From assembly GCA_013115145.1 (NCBI GenBank), contig JAAPAO010000209.1, forward strand, positions 1 to 52,443: a stretch of 52,443 nt of DNA. Reading direction: 5' to 3'. Position numbers and translations under genes: made by a program. The notes beneath the pieces were generated by a model. It searched no databases, was not told the origin of the DNA, and was given only the letters and a program-made list of their open reading frames with translations. Source of the stretch: Perkinsus chesapeaki ATCC PRA-425. Taxonomy: Eukaryota; Protista; Perkinsozoa. Below are positions 10,641 through 23,600 of the stretch, piece after piece (position 1 is the stretch's first letter; every line of letters begins with the position of its first letter).

Positions 10641-11000
10641 GTATCGCCTGAGCTGTCGCACCTAGCACTCCTTGGTTGGCGACTAGTGAAAACTCCGGAC
10701 GAAAAAGTTGGTAAATGAATTTTGAAATCAATGGGTTGATTTCGGTTATAAAATAAGAGTTTTGTATGGAACCATCTGAAGATAAAAAGCTGTACTAAAG
10801 CTTTTACATCACTAAAAAAGATAACATGCGCGCTACAACCTATGATACGTCCGAATTTTGCTCCTGCACTAAAGGTGCGTTAGGAAATACTTAGACAACG
10901 TAAGTGCGCAAGATGATTCGGGCATGTTCCGCGATTCCGGCGGAAACGGATCTTCACCCTTTGGCAGAAGCAGTTCCTTGAGTTTAATTTTCAGCAAAAT

Positions 11001-13389
11001 ATGTCACAGCGGGAGCCGCATCGTCGTGTAGATGACAGGGAAGGTATTTGGGAAGGGGAAAAATGCTCAGCGGCGATGTCGCGAAAAATCTTACTCACCT
11101 CGCGCTCGTGCGTTTAGGAAGAACACCGATGAAGAGGCTTGCTAGCAGCAGTAGTTATAACAAATACAAACGCGTTATGGTGGGTTTCGAGTGGGGAGTG
11201 TCTTTTGAGCGCTCTGGTCAGGATGCATCCTTGCTGGACGAATTTGGTCTGTCGACGAACTTGGTAGGCAAATTGGGGCCATTGTGTGGTGAGCTGGTGA
11301 CGATCAGGAAAGGGGATCTCAAGTGCATTCTCCGAGCTATATGTGGATGATACAGCAGCGCCGCCTAGATGAGGCCAATGAAGGTCACTTGCCTACAAGG
11401 GTTCAATTAAGCAAATTACTGTGTCAGTCTATCCCTCAGCGCACCGGGAAGAATCAGGATACTCCCTGGAGTGGGTGGGCGGGGTAGGCAAGCAGCGAGG
11501 CGGGATTCGGTTAGTAGTTAGCAGAGCCCACGAATCCCCGGTCTGGAGCGAACTGCCAGCGGAACGGCACGGGTGTCGCTGCCGTTTATGCAGCGGAACA
11601 ACTCTTACAGTTCGGGAGAGCATTCTATACCGTATTTCGCTCGGGACGGCAGAGTAGGTTGCATTAGTGGGCGGCTAGCGAGAGATACCTTAGGTAGGAG
11701 CGCTGGGCAGGGTTGGTGATCGGCAAACAAGGGGAAGGAACAGCCTTGGCAGCTTCTCCTCGTCGAGCATGGTGTCCCCCAGTTTGGCGATGACAAAATC
11801 TTACGCTTCGCCGTCGGTATGATTCTGAGCATCTCGGTTGCGGTGAAGCTCGGTTTTGCATGGGCAGGAGAGCAGCTCGACGATTTTGTCCTCAACTAGC
11901 GGGATGAACGGGGGTGGAGCTAAGCAGCTTTTGGCAGCTTACGGAGTGCCTCATCATCGCCAGGCAAGAGGAGACGAGTTTAGCTTCGACGTGAGGGGGT
12001 ATCAGTGAAATTATTGCAACTGAGGGGCATTCAGGATCGAAGCTTGGCAGCCAAGAAAACGAGAAGTACTGAGCTGGCGATTCCCGAGATTAGTAGGACG
12101 GGTTGAGGCCTACTGGTGAGTAGCTAATCTTGCCCAGATTTCAACAAGGAGAGCTCCGTTGACCAGAGCAAGAGTAAAAAAAGGAGGGACAGCATCAAAA
12201 TAGAGGATGAAGAGGCGGTTGCTGGTGAAGGGCTCCTGGGGAGATTGCCGTTTTAGGAGCCATTCAGATGCGTGCGGCTGTCACCTTTGTGGGACCTTTA
12301 TGCAGTACCGGCTGCGGGGCAGGAAGAACGAGGACAACAGCGAGGAACTAGTGGCTGATATTTGGTGTAGATCTGCTCAGATTGGTCATGCTGAGTGGTT
12401 GGTGGCTTAGGCACTGGGGACGGGGGAAGCAGCGGTGGCAATGAGATACAGGCGGGAAAGGGCGCTCATTATGGCCAAGAACCGATGGGATCGGCGATAC
12501 AATTGACGAAGGGCTTGCAATCCCTCATTGAGATATTGGAGTCCGATACCGGAGGCGGCTCCAAAGCTGGCCTCAGCCAGTCGACTATTGATTCTATTGT
12601 ATGCCATAGGTGAGACTTCCGAATAAGAAAATGGCGATGTGTGTCTCGGTACCTTTATTGCTGAGTGTTGGAGTATCTTTTAGGCTTCTGCGGTTGGGGT
12701 AGATTCTCTTTGGATCTCTTTGGAACTTTTATGCCTTCATGGGCATGTATTCCAACCTCGCAGAAATGTGTTTTTCGAAGACCGAAAATTTTCATGTTTT
12801 TGGAAATTTTGAAGGAGAGATTTCGAAAGACAACCTGACGACGGCTGTTCTCCTCCCAACGACTCTCTATGACTCCCTGTGTGTTGGGTATCAAATTGAA
12901 AGCTCCATCCTGTCCCCGCGAAGAATTGCCTTGCGGCAATGGTGATAACTGAATTAATTAATTAGCATACTGACAGTTATATTCATCATTTATAATAGAT
13001 TATCTGATACTTATGTATTTCTATATGTAATAATATAATATGAAGAAATCTAATACCTTCATAACCCGCCACAGCAATACTCCTACACTGGCCATAGTCA
13101 GCCTGGTCGAAGGGGGCAGGTTGCTGCACAAGAAAAAGTGATATATACATTGTAATTGCTCTCCTAGGTACGACAGTGATATTAGCGGTGTAAAGTGTTC
13201 GGTATGCATGGATGAGCTCCGAAACGGAGATGTTGTCAAATGCCTTCCGTGCCTCCACAACTTCCACGCCAAATGGTGAGCCGAAACTTAAGCTGCTCTC
13301 ACTTGCACTTCAGTATTGACCACTGGCTTCGAGTGAACCGTCGATGCCCAGTTTGCAAGTACAACCTGGCTAGCTGTTTAAGAGTATAA
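11001..13389 (+). CDS. RING-H2 E3 ubiquitin ligase, multi-exon
   Basis: Spliced C-terminus GLSQSTIDSIVCH...CSVCMDELRNGDVVKCLPCLHNFHAKCIDHWLRVNRRCPVCK is a C3H2C3 RING. The start codon and middle exons are less certain. Confidence 0.85.
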
Positions 13390-14660
13390 TTCTGATGGAA
13401 ATCAGTGCTGCTTTAACTTGTTATCATTTCCTTTATTTCCCCTCGGCCAGTCTCAATCGTTTACTATTGTTATTCTATCACATTGTGGAAGTCCGCATTT
13501 CGTTGCCTATCTAAAGTGTCAGCCGGCCAATCCGATATTTCGGATACCCCTAATGGCAAGGGCGTTCACCCTATTTCTAGCGTAGTCCCTATTACTTTTA
13601 TAATTTCGTGGCGCGTGAAGATACTCCGACATGACGATGACAGAAGTTTCATGTATTAGGCTTGGGCAGTTGCGTCTGTTAATTAGCCTTAACCTTGGAG
13701 GTTTAAACGGAAGGCCAGCTAATCACGGTGGCAAATAACGTGCTAGCTGAATCTCTCAAGTTTCTGCTGTATAAGTTCTGCCTCGGTGCTGCTCTTCAGG
13801 ATCGGTCGCAATCTGTCTCTAGGACCGTGGTGTTGGTAGCACGGTTATAGAATTGTTAATAACAATTTAAAGAGTGAAGTGTCCGTGAAACTAAGTTGTC
13901 TCTTGCAGCTCATTTTCCCTTGAGCTTTCCCTCCCCTTAACAACGCTCATCGGGCAGTGATAGCGTGCCATGCCGGAAGGTTCACGGTAGGCTACGGATT
14001 GCTGCGTAAAAGTGCCATTTTCTAGCGTGTCTCAGGTATTACGATCCTGGCCGGCAACTGCTGCTGAGCCTCTTCAGTAGTGGTGACACGGTAAGTGATG
14101 GTCCTACCTTGAGATCTTCAGTAGCGGGCCTCAGACACCCGGGCATCACCACCAAGGCTCACTTGCGACGCTGGGAGAACAGCACCATCATTCCTATCAC
14201 CAAGATGACAGTGGGCTCGACTGGTTGAGAACTTTGACGTAGGCATGCATACTGTGGCGTTGCCAGTGGTCGTTATTACTATTAGTTCCTACAATTCCAT
14301 TTTACTATTTTTGACACTTGTTATATAAGTATTATATGATTCACTTTGATCTCATCCTTATAAGTGTGTTAGTGATGTAACTTGCGATTTACTGGAGCCA
14401 AATATCACTACCATACAAACTACTCTAGAGTTTTTATTAAAGACGTTGCCTTGTCTCTGTGAAAGCGAGTACTTCGGATACTATACCTTTCAGAAATCCA
14501 CTCCGCGCTTAAGGCCACCAATGATGTCCGTATTCGCGAAGATGATTTTGTATTCGCGAAATTAGTAGCCTTAAGCGTGAAATAGATTTCTGAATGGTAT
14601 AGTATCACTTTGGAATAAGCAATTAATGCCCAATTATAAATCAATGTCTTCTATATCAGA

Positions 14661-15521
14661 ATGGCTATGAGGACCTTGTAATGAGATAACGTGCTATCTG
14701 GGCAGATACGTGGCAATGGCCTTATCAGTGTTGTCGGTGCTGTCTCCATTGCCTGACTTCATGGAGATGCTCAGAGCTAAACGTGCCAAGGGCTCGGCAC
14801 TGCCCTACTCTACGCTGTTCACACAGGTAGGTTGCTGCACTTCACAGGCTAGTTCGACTTGGCCGTTGTCCTCCCTCAGGCCTACCTTTGGGTTTGGTAC
14901 GGGTATCTGACAGCTCATTGGGACATCGTTCGCATCAATCTCCTCACGGTGCTCATATCCGCCTTTTATGTGGGGGTCTTCGCGTCATATGACATCCGCG
15001 TTATCAGCAAGGCTGCTACGTTGCTGTCGGTGATGGCAGTGGTCGTCGGTGCTTTGATATGCAATACTAGCCTCACCGATATGAAGCTGAAGGTCGAGGT
15101 GTTCGCCTACTGTGCTACAGCTTTAAGCATTGTATTGTGCATCGCACCAACTCCCCAGATCGTCACTGTTGTGCGCTCTAGGTCGCTGGATGGCTATCCT
15201 ACTGCTTTGACGGTAGCCAGCTTCATCTCGTCGTGTCTTTGGGCTCAGTGCAGCATTCTCATGCACTCTCTTCCGTACTTGATCCCGAACTTGGTCGGAG
15301 TGATACTTAACGGTGGCCAGCTCGTGGTGGTCATCTGGGTGTATACCAACCCCGATCCGGATCCATTGGTCATCTCTCCGACGACGATGTCACCTGAGGA
15401 ACATGCGGCAGAAATCGTACCGCGTTTGATTAGTCAGGCGAAGAGCCGGAGGAAAAGCGAGATCTTTGGAGAGGGCGACAACTTCACGGTCTATGGAAGT
15501 GTCTTTACAGCATATGACTGA
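14661..15521 (+). CDS. SWEET/MtN3-family sugar transporter
   Basis: Two MtN3-like repeats (SPLPDF...SALPYSTLF...LWVWYGYL; APTPQIVTVVRSRSLDGYP...LW...IPNLVG...GQL) and about 7 hydrophobic segments. Exact start uncertain (14661 or 14716). Confidence 0.85.
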
Positions 15522-15686
15522 TGAAGCTCTGACTTATCGAGGCGACTTTACCATTACGACATTTGTTTGTTGTGATCCTTTAATTTACGTTGTGACCAGC
15601 ACTCAGTATTGCGCCGTCAATTCGACTTCGGGCAGCGGGTCGATTAGGTCTTTTTTTCTGCTTAAAAGCCTCTCACTATCATCATA

Positions 15687-17266
15687 ATGCTATCGGCTAT
15701 CATTCTGTCCGCGATGTTCAGCTGCCAGTTGGCTTTGGTAGCACTCTTCTCCACTCCGCTTTTCCACATTCTCACGCAGGCTCGACTACTCTTGGATCCC
15801 CCCAATCTCGCCACGGAAGCTCTGTTCGCCAGAGTCGGCATGGCTAGCGACAAGTGGCTCGTGGAGGCGGCGTGCCGAGGGCCTAGAAGCCGCTTTGTGC
15901 GGTTACTGAAGCGCGACACGAACGATCTGACAGCCGCGGAGCGCCTCACTTTATTCTGCAGCTTCGTGAAGACAGCGCCAGCGCCTGAGGACAGCATGGT
16001 CAGAACTGTGTGCAATATTGGCGGCAAAAAACAGACGACGAAACAATCGGTCACCTTCTTCTTCTCCGACCACCGAGCAGCGATGACGTTCGCTAATGTG
16101 TGGGGCAACTACCGTAACTTCCGCACGCCGAAGGCGCTGTCTGCGGACGTGCCCACCGACATTGCTCAGAGGCAGGAGCTGGAGACCTGGGAGGAACTTT
16201 TGGAAAAGGCCAGAATTAAGGCGATGGATGCTGATGATGAAGTAAGTGATTTGTTGGAACGAATCGGTTTGAGAAAATCCGCTCTCATATGTGCGTCCTG
16301 ACGATCAAGGGACCTGCTCCGCCTTGGCGAAGATGTTCGGCTGCCAAAAATTTCCGCCCAAATTCGGCGGTCACTTACCGCGATCGATGCCTTGCTGCTC
16401 GCGTCTGCCGCCTTTCCCTTCTTCATTACTGATTGTTGCCTGTACTGTAGGTAAATCTGGGCACACCGGTGAAGTTCGTGACAATTGGCGACTCTGAAGA
16501 CAAGTTCGTGCTGACCAGAGCTTATCGTTTAGAGGATGCGAGGATAGCTCGAGTTGTGGAGCATCGGCCTTGGCTGTGGGACATAAAGGAGGACTATGCC
16601 TGTGGTGACGTGGTCGAGGAGGGCGGCACAGTAACGGCGATGTGCATCCCAAAGGGGGGGACAGATGAGAACACAGTGAAGCTCACGTTCCATTTTAACG
16701 ATTTGCAAGATGCTTCGAAGTTCAAGCGGAGATGGGGAGCCCCGCTCCGAAGTGAGCTAAAAGAGGGAGAGTCCGCTGCACCCGTGGACGGGCATCCGCT
16801 CTTTGTTCTGCCTGGGCTGCGTGCTGACGACTTGGAGGCGGTAAGCGTTGAATCTGGTGTCAGTTTTGCTTACTGCAGTTTGACTAGGATGGGGATGACC
16901 GTGGTGAAAGTACTCTTGAAGACGGGCGGGAGGGTAGTGCAGTAGTGCCGTCCTCTCCACACGTGCCCGCGGCGGAGCATCAGGCAAGACCTGATCAAAT
17001 GTGTCGACGAGAGATGGTTTGGACAGGTTGACGCGGTCCCTGAAGACACCATTGAGAATCAGCCAGTGGCGGACTACCCCACGCCAGACGGAGTATATGA
17101 AGCCTAGCCGCCCCTTTCCTGTGACATATCCTACTTTCAGGAGACACAGCTAGATGATGAGCTACCGAGCTGGTTGTTCCAAGAGGGCCTTTCACTACCA
17201 TCGCCTCGCCGGCCAACAGACCAAGATCGGCTGTATGAAGATCGCTGGTTCCCTTCAATCCGTTAG
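15687..17266 (+). CDS. Cluster gene A: predicted secreted protein with two Cys/WG modules
   Basis: Signal-like MLSAIILSAMFSCQLAL. Modules end FFFSDHRAAMTFANVWG and FHFNDLQDASKFKRRWG. Paralogous to the N-terminus of gene B. Confidence 0.7.
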
Positions 17267-17649
17267 CGTCCTCAGTCAATATTTGACTAAGACAGTTCGA
17301 GCCAGTGGAATGCAACATCATCCTCCTTCTGTAATCGTGCACTCGTACGGGACTTCCTGTCCCAGTAGGTCAGTTATCACTTAACCCAGCAACGCTCTCG
17401 ATTATGTCATGCCCCTATTGTTGTTGTAGTCACAGTTGTGTGCTGTGGAAGTTGTTCGCTAAAGTGCACGAATGCTAGGTTGTGTTGGTCAATGTGAAGT
17501 TGGCAGGCAGGCCCTCCGGCGTCTCTAAGGCTCGGCATCCCACGAGCTGTCGCTCGTAGCCATACTGCACCTGGTGCACACTGTCTCCCGGAACCCATAC
17601 GTGATCGTCTGTTTGTAGTTGTTTTGTCTGGTTCTGTCATTACATTAAG

Positions 17650-20600
17650 ATGTTGATGTCACCGGGCCTTCGGGCCCTCCTACTTATCGCCGCATCGCTG
17701 GCGAGAGGGGTGAGAGATACGTCACAAAAGCGGAACGGGGATGCTTTCTTTAGATACAGGCGAAATTAGATCCGCCGAATTTAGCGGCGAAGGCGCTCTA
17801 CGCGCACATCGGGGACGATCCGGAGAAGTGGGAAGTCCTGACGGCCTTCAAGCGTGGAGGAAGTCGGGCAATGAGAGTGAAGACCAGAACCAACTTCACT
17901 GATAAGACGTTCCAGCCTTACTATTGTAGCGTGGCTCAGAGGGCACCGGCGGAGGGCTCCAATGTGGCCACGACGCTCTGCAACAAGCCTGGTGGGAAAC
18001 CGGGAGATAGACGACCGGTTCACTTCCACTTTCCGACGCACGAGGATGCTGTGGAGTTCGCGAAGGTTTGGGGCAACCTGAATCGATATAAGACACCGGT
18101 GGAGCTGTCCAAAGAGATACCTGATGAGGAGCAGATTCATGAGGATTGGGATGAAGTTCTTAATCGAACTCGAGCAAACATTGTTGAGACGGACGGCATG
18201 GTAAGCTCTTTCGAAAGCCTTTGACTGATCAGTCTTGCTTAGGTGAATTACGCTTGGCCACTGAAGTTCGTGAGAATCGGCTCCGATGCCGATAAGTTCG
18301 TAGCGACCCACGCATATCGGCACGAGGGAGCCCGTGTGAGGCTGGTGAAGCTGGCTGAGCAGAAGCCGTACCTGTGGGACATACAGGAGACCTTCTACTG
18401 TGACGAGCTGCCGCCGGACCCCTGGGGGAAATTCGTTGAGACCAAATGCGCACGACCGAACAACCTGGAAAAGAAATATCTGTTTGTGTTCAACTTTGAC
18501 ACGCAGGAGGATGCTGCCTATTTCGCCAAGCACTGGGGAGCACCTTTCCTTGACACTAAGAAGGAAGAAGATTCTGAGGTCAACGTGGCCGACGGAGCGA
18601 AGCAGGCACCTGCGCGTGAGCTGGAATCCGGTTACAAGGCGAATTACGGTGGTCTTGCTGGAGATGGGGGACATGCCGACGGTGAAGAATCTGCAAGGAG
18701 CTCTACTGTTTATGACATGAAGAGCAATGTTGGTGAAGCGGGCGAGTGGGCTGGCAGTGAAGTGAAGCCACCGGTGTTCGGGGAGATGGGAGGGGCTGTG
18801 GCCAGCGGCGAGAGCCAAGCTGATGGAGAGAAGTCTGGCTCGACCCCTGAGGACACCGAACTGGGCAAGGTAGTTGTAGAAATTTTGACGAGGTTTACTT
18901 GCTAGTTTTTCAGGAGGAATCAGGACACACAGTGCCGGAGGAGTGGGAAGCTGACCAGGTAAGATAGCTGCCGACAAGGGAGAAAGGCACGAGAGCCCTA
19001 TTAAATGTTGCTCGAGATGAGGCGCGCGAATTAATCTCTGAGCAATTCAGTTTGCTCCCGGCTGAACACAGATTGCGAAGGTACCACCGCCTACTATCGA
19101 CGAGCATGATGATGCTGCTGCTGGCAACGAGGAGGGCAGTATCGATAATGAAAAGGAACTTGTGGTGAGCATAGAAGACTTCTGCCATTGCTCGTCGCAC
19201 CAGCATCAACATTGATAACCGTGTGCTTTGGACTAGTCAAACATTCGAACATCGTTTTTTCGGGAATGTCATGGTCCAGGACTCTGTCGTGTTTTAGGTG
19301 GAGCCCTCCGATTCGGATCAGCCAGTAGAGAGATGGAAGAAAAGCCAGGTAGGCTACTCGTACGGTACTAGATACGTGAAGGACACTAGTAGAGCCTGTA
19401 AAATAGTTTGCTTTAAGCCTACGGCATTTATCTGTGACGTAGAGACGAATCCTTATCAGTGCAGCGTTGGAAGGGACCTAGGGAGGATTCCATATCGAAC
19501 TGCTCAGGTCGATGCTCCTCATCGACCGGCTGATCTCGACGACTCGGAGATTCTGGAGGAGCAACAGTCGAAGGAGGCGGACGGTGCATTGCCGCCACAC
19601 GAGTCGCCTACGGAGAGCGGTGTGGATGATACGGAAGAGGAAGGCGTCGGAGTTGATGGCGGCGTTGAGGTAGGCTCATCTAGAGCCCTTTGTGGTTGAA
19701 CTCCGCGATCAGGAGAACGTTGAGTCTCCTTCCACGGCTGATCATTGGGAAGCCAGCAAAGTGAGCATGGAGTCTACGGGCCGCCGTTGTCGGTAATCAT
19801 TTCGTTTCAGGTATCCGACCCTTTGATTCCTAAGAGTGACGCGTCGGAGCAAGGAGATGAGGACGACGAGGGTCTGCCCCCACCAGTCCTACCGTTCGCC
19901 TCGGACGAGGCTGATGGTTCCACGGAGAGTGCAAGTAGCGACGCTGAGCAGGTACGGCAGAGCTGTAGCGACCAAGCGTGCTTTATCCTTGTCCATCAGT
20001 CTCCCGAGTCTTCCACCACTGGGTCGTCATCGGCACCCGCTTGGTCGGCGGGGAGTGTAGATAGTCCGACGATCCCAGATGTAAGTGAGAGGGGGGGTTA
20101 AGAAGAAAATGCCCGCCTGGAATCAGGCCGTAGATCCACAGTATGCAGAGTACAGCACTCCTGAGCCTGCTGGATACGGAGACATGGAGGACACCACGGT
20201 AGGACGTGACTGCAGAAGAGGCTCTTCTATGGCCTTTATTCCTAGGATCTCAACCACGACAAATTCCCGACCTTTGATGAGCAAAGCGACGGCGCTAGCC
20301 AATTTGGCAAGGAGCATACAGCCGCGCAGTCGGGTTATGAAGACGCAACTGCGAAGGATTCAGCGGTGAGCTCAGACTTGTATGGTTCAGTTCTAAACTG
20401 GTAGAGATGTACCATCGCAATCTCCGCATCTCAAATTGGTGTTGAATGCCTTCGGTGAAATTTGGTATGATTAATTATGACAAAGCCCGTTCGCTCCTCA
20501 GGACCCATTCGACGAGATGGAACCGATTTCTACGGAGCAGGAATCTTCAAAACATTACTCCAAGTCGACATCATCATCACCCAGCACCGCCACCTACGGC

Positions 20601-23600
20601 AATCCAGCTGCCGTCCCCGACGTGAGTTCCTCAACGGGTGTCTGACTGTTAAATCCCGGCCTTCCAGGTTCCACTGCCACCAACCTTTGCTTCGACCGAG
20701 ATGGAACAGGACCCTTCTCAGTTAGAGACGGACGAGGAGGAGGGCATGACGCAAGATGCCGATGACGAGGAGGAGGAGGAGGGCATGACGCAAGATGCTG
20801 ATGACGAGGAGGAGGAGGGCATGACGCAAGATGCTGATGACGGGGAGGAGGAGGGCATGACGCAAGATGCTGATGACGAGGAGGAGGGTGCTGTTGACGC
20901 TTTCAAAGACAAGGTAGCTTTAAATCCTCTTTACTTTTTATTATCTCCATCTTGTTCGGTTTCGGCTCCAAAGCCAGATGATACGTAGAGCGCTGAGCGT
21001 GATTATGGAGGACTAGAAATTCGCTCCCGTTGTGAAATTTCCGGCCGGTCATTGTTCACCAATTTAGCTGATGGGTTAGTAACGTCGCAGTTCTGCATCG
21101 CTTAGGAGCCTGAATCAATCATTCCGGTGGCGGAGCCTACAGTGGAAAGGAGGCTACAAGGCACCGAAATGGAGGACGTTGCTGAGGAGCCTACTGCTAA
21201 CGAAGAGACGTCGGAGAGCCAAGACGGTGCAGCCGAGAAAGAGGAGGAGGAGAACGATGTCCCTGAGGGTCTGCCAGAATTCGGAACTAGCAGCGATGTC
21301 GCCGATGACCAAGTAGCCGGGACTCGGTGGTCGTGGTTCCGCGGTGATAAAGATGCTGTTTCAGAGCGATCAGATCACAAGGCTTTCTTCCGGCGTTGAC
21401 GAGGACTTTTCGCCTGGGGACGAGGTGGGGGCCTTCTGCGATGCAGACTTGTGGAATTTGACAATCATTAGGAGCAGGCTGTCGAGGACGGACCGGAGCT
21501 GAAGCAGTTCTCTGACGATAACACTGACAACAGCGCCGCGGAAGTAAGGAAGTTGACAGCACCTCACAGTGGCATTCCCCGCCAACCCCACTAACAGGAC
21601 TTTAGCGCCGGGCTCGATTAGGGGGAAACATCGTTGGCTCTATACCAGGTTTTTTTCAGAGCATCCTTGACACTGAAGCTAACAGTAAAGATCAACTTGA
21701 AGCGGACTCGGATGCAGTTGATTGGGATAACGAAAAGGACGCAGAGGAGATTCTGGACACTGGTGGAGCCTCCGATGATCAGGAGGTAGCAGCGCCACTT
21801 CGCCATCTCTGCTGCACTGTCCCAATCCTAGGGTGGCCAGCTGCAACGACTTGCAACTTCGGTTGAAGCTGATACGTCATTCGTGCCAACACAGCAGGTG
21901 AGGAGGAGGCGAGTTCGTGTCGAACAGAGAACTTGGTCGTTGGCTGGTTAGGCTGGGTTCGGCACTTGTCGAGAATTCCGCCCGAAGCACAGCTACAGGC
22001 ACGGCAAGATCACCGCTTTCGATACACAAGGAAGGAGATTCAAAGTACCTCGCGGTCTCCTGCGCAGCCTCCAGAGTGGGGACTGTGTTACCATTTTAGG
22101 TTCGTCGGCGTTACAATGGAGAACCAGAGACTGCGTCCTGCGAGGCGGTGGCCGTTCGACCGAAATACCGCGAGGATCTGAACGACTGGCTCATCCCGGT
22201 CCAATGCCGCTTCATTGGCATTAGTGGTGTCGAGACTGTCGAGGGGAAAATAAGATGCGACTCAGAGTACGAGGCGAGGACTCTGGCTAAGGAATGGGGA
22301 GGCTTTGACGTAAGTCCGGAAGGTCCGGGGTTCGAATCCCACGGCCTGCAACTCAGGATCCTTCTTGGGTGCCCGGCCCGCCTCAGATGCGCGATTTGAG
22401 CAGCATGAGGCTGCCGGATGGATCCGACAGTGGCAGTGGCTACTGGTATTCATACGCCGGCGGTTCATGGGGAAACCATGATGAGGTGAGGATGTAAAGT
22501 GAACGACGGCTGATGTTGTGACGTTCAGGCACAGAACCTCGCGACACCTCTAAGCCTAGGAATAGCGGAGGTAGGCCGGGAAGGTTTTGATGATACGAGC
22601 TGGTTGATGAAGGTTTTGAGGGATTGTATATTTCGATAGAACTATGTNNNNNNNNNNNNNNNNNNNNNNNNNNNNNNNNNNNNNNNNNNNNNNNNNNNNN
22701 NNNNNNNNNNNNNNNNNNNNNNNNNNNNNNNNNNNNNNNNGATATGTGTTGATAGAAATGATATGTGTTGATAGAAATGATATGTGTTGATAGAAATGAT
22801 ATGTGTTGATAGAAATGATATGTGTTGATAGAAATGATATGTGTTGATAGAAATGATATGTGTTGATAGAAATGATATGTGTTGATAGAAATGCGTCATC
22901 ACTGCCAGTGATTCACTGGTGAATAATGCCATCATTCAGTCGTGTAATAAGCTCGTTGCCGACTTCTCCAAAGGCCAAGCGGATGACATCGTAGACTTTG
23001 ACATGAAGACCAGAAAGCTTACGGTAAGGCTCGTCAGTGCGAGGATCGAGCAGCTAGATGGTTGTAGATCATCCCAACTAATATGATGCTTCCATTGAAG
23101 CTCCAGTGCAAACCAGTAGATGTCCCTCCAGAAGGGAAGGGGGCGACTTGGCTGGTCCGCGTAGATTGCAAAGATGCAGGAGGTAAGCCCCAGATTTCAT
23201 CGGTCTACCGAATTAAAGCCTTTGTATTCAGGTCACGGACGGTCTGGAGGAGGAGTTGTTATCTGTGGTAATCGCGCTGATGCTGAGCAACTGTCGAGCG
23301 TTTGGGGTGGCTTCCACGTAGGAGACATCTTCGCAGGGCTCTTCCAGGAACTGCGTGTCAGGGCGGTGGCGAGAGTCGGTCAGAAGGTGGCGTGCGAGGG
23401 GGGAGCTCCTCGCATTCGTCGGGGTGGTTCCAGCATGTGGTGATGTATCGAAAGGAGGAAGTGAGAACGACGACGACAACTCCGACTACCACGACCACAA
23501 CGACCACTACGCAGCCTCCGAGCAGATCGTGGTGGTACCAGTTCAAGCACTTTGAATGGGCTGGCTTCCAGACGGTAGCGGCTCCCGAATGCCACTGGCT

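Noticed and set aside
17781-18977. 398-aa minus-strand ORF (likewise 32450-32866 and 49944-50540)
   Set aside because: Antisense shadows of well-supported plus-strand exons, with no motifs.
22741-22892. CRISPR-like repeat array
   Set aside because: Units are contiguous with no spacers, there are no cas genes, and the context is a eukaryotic intron.
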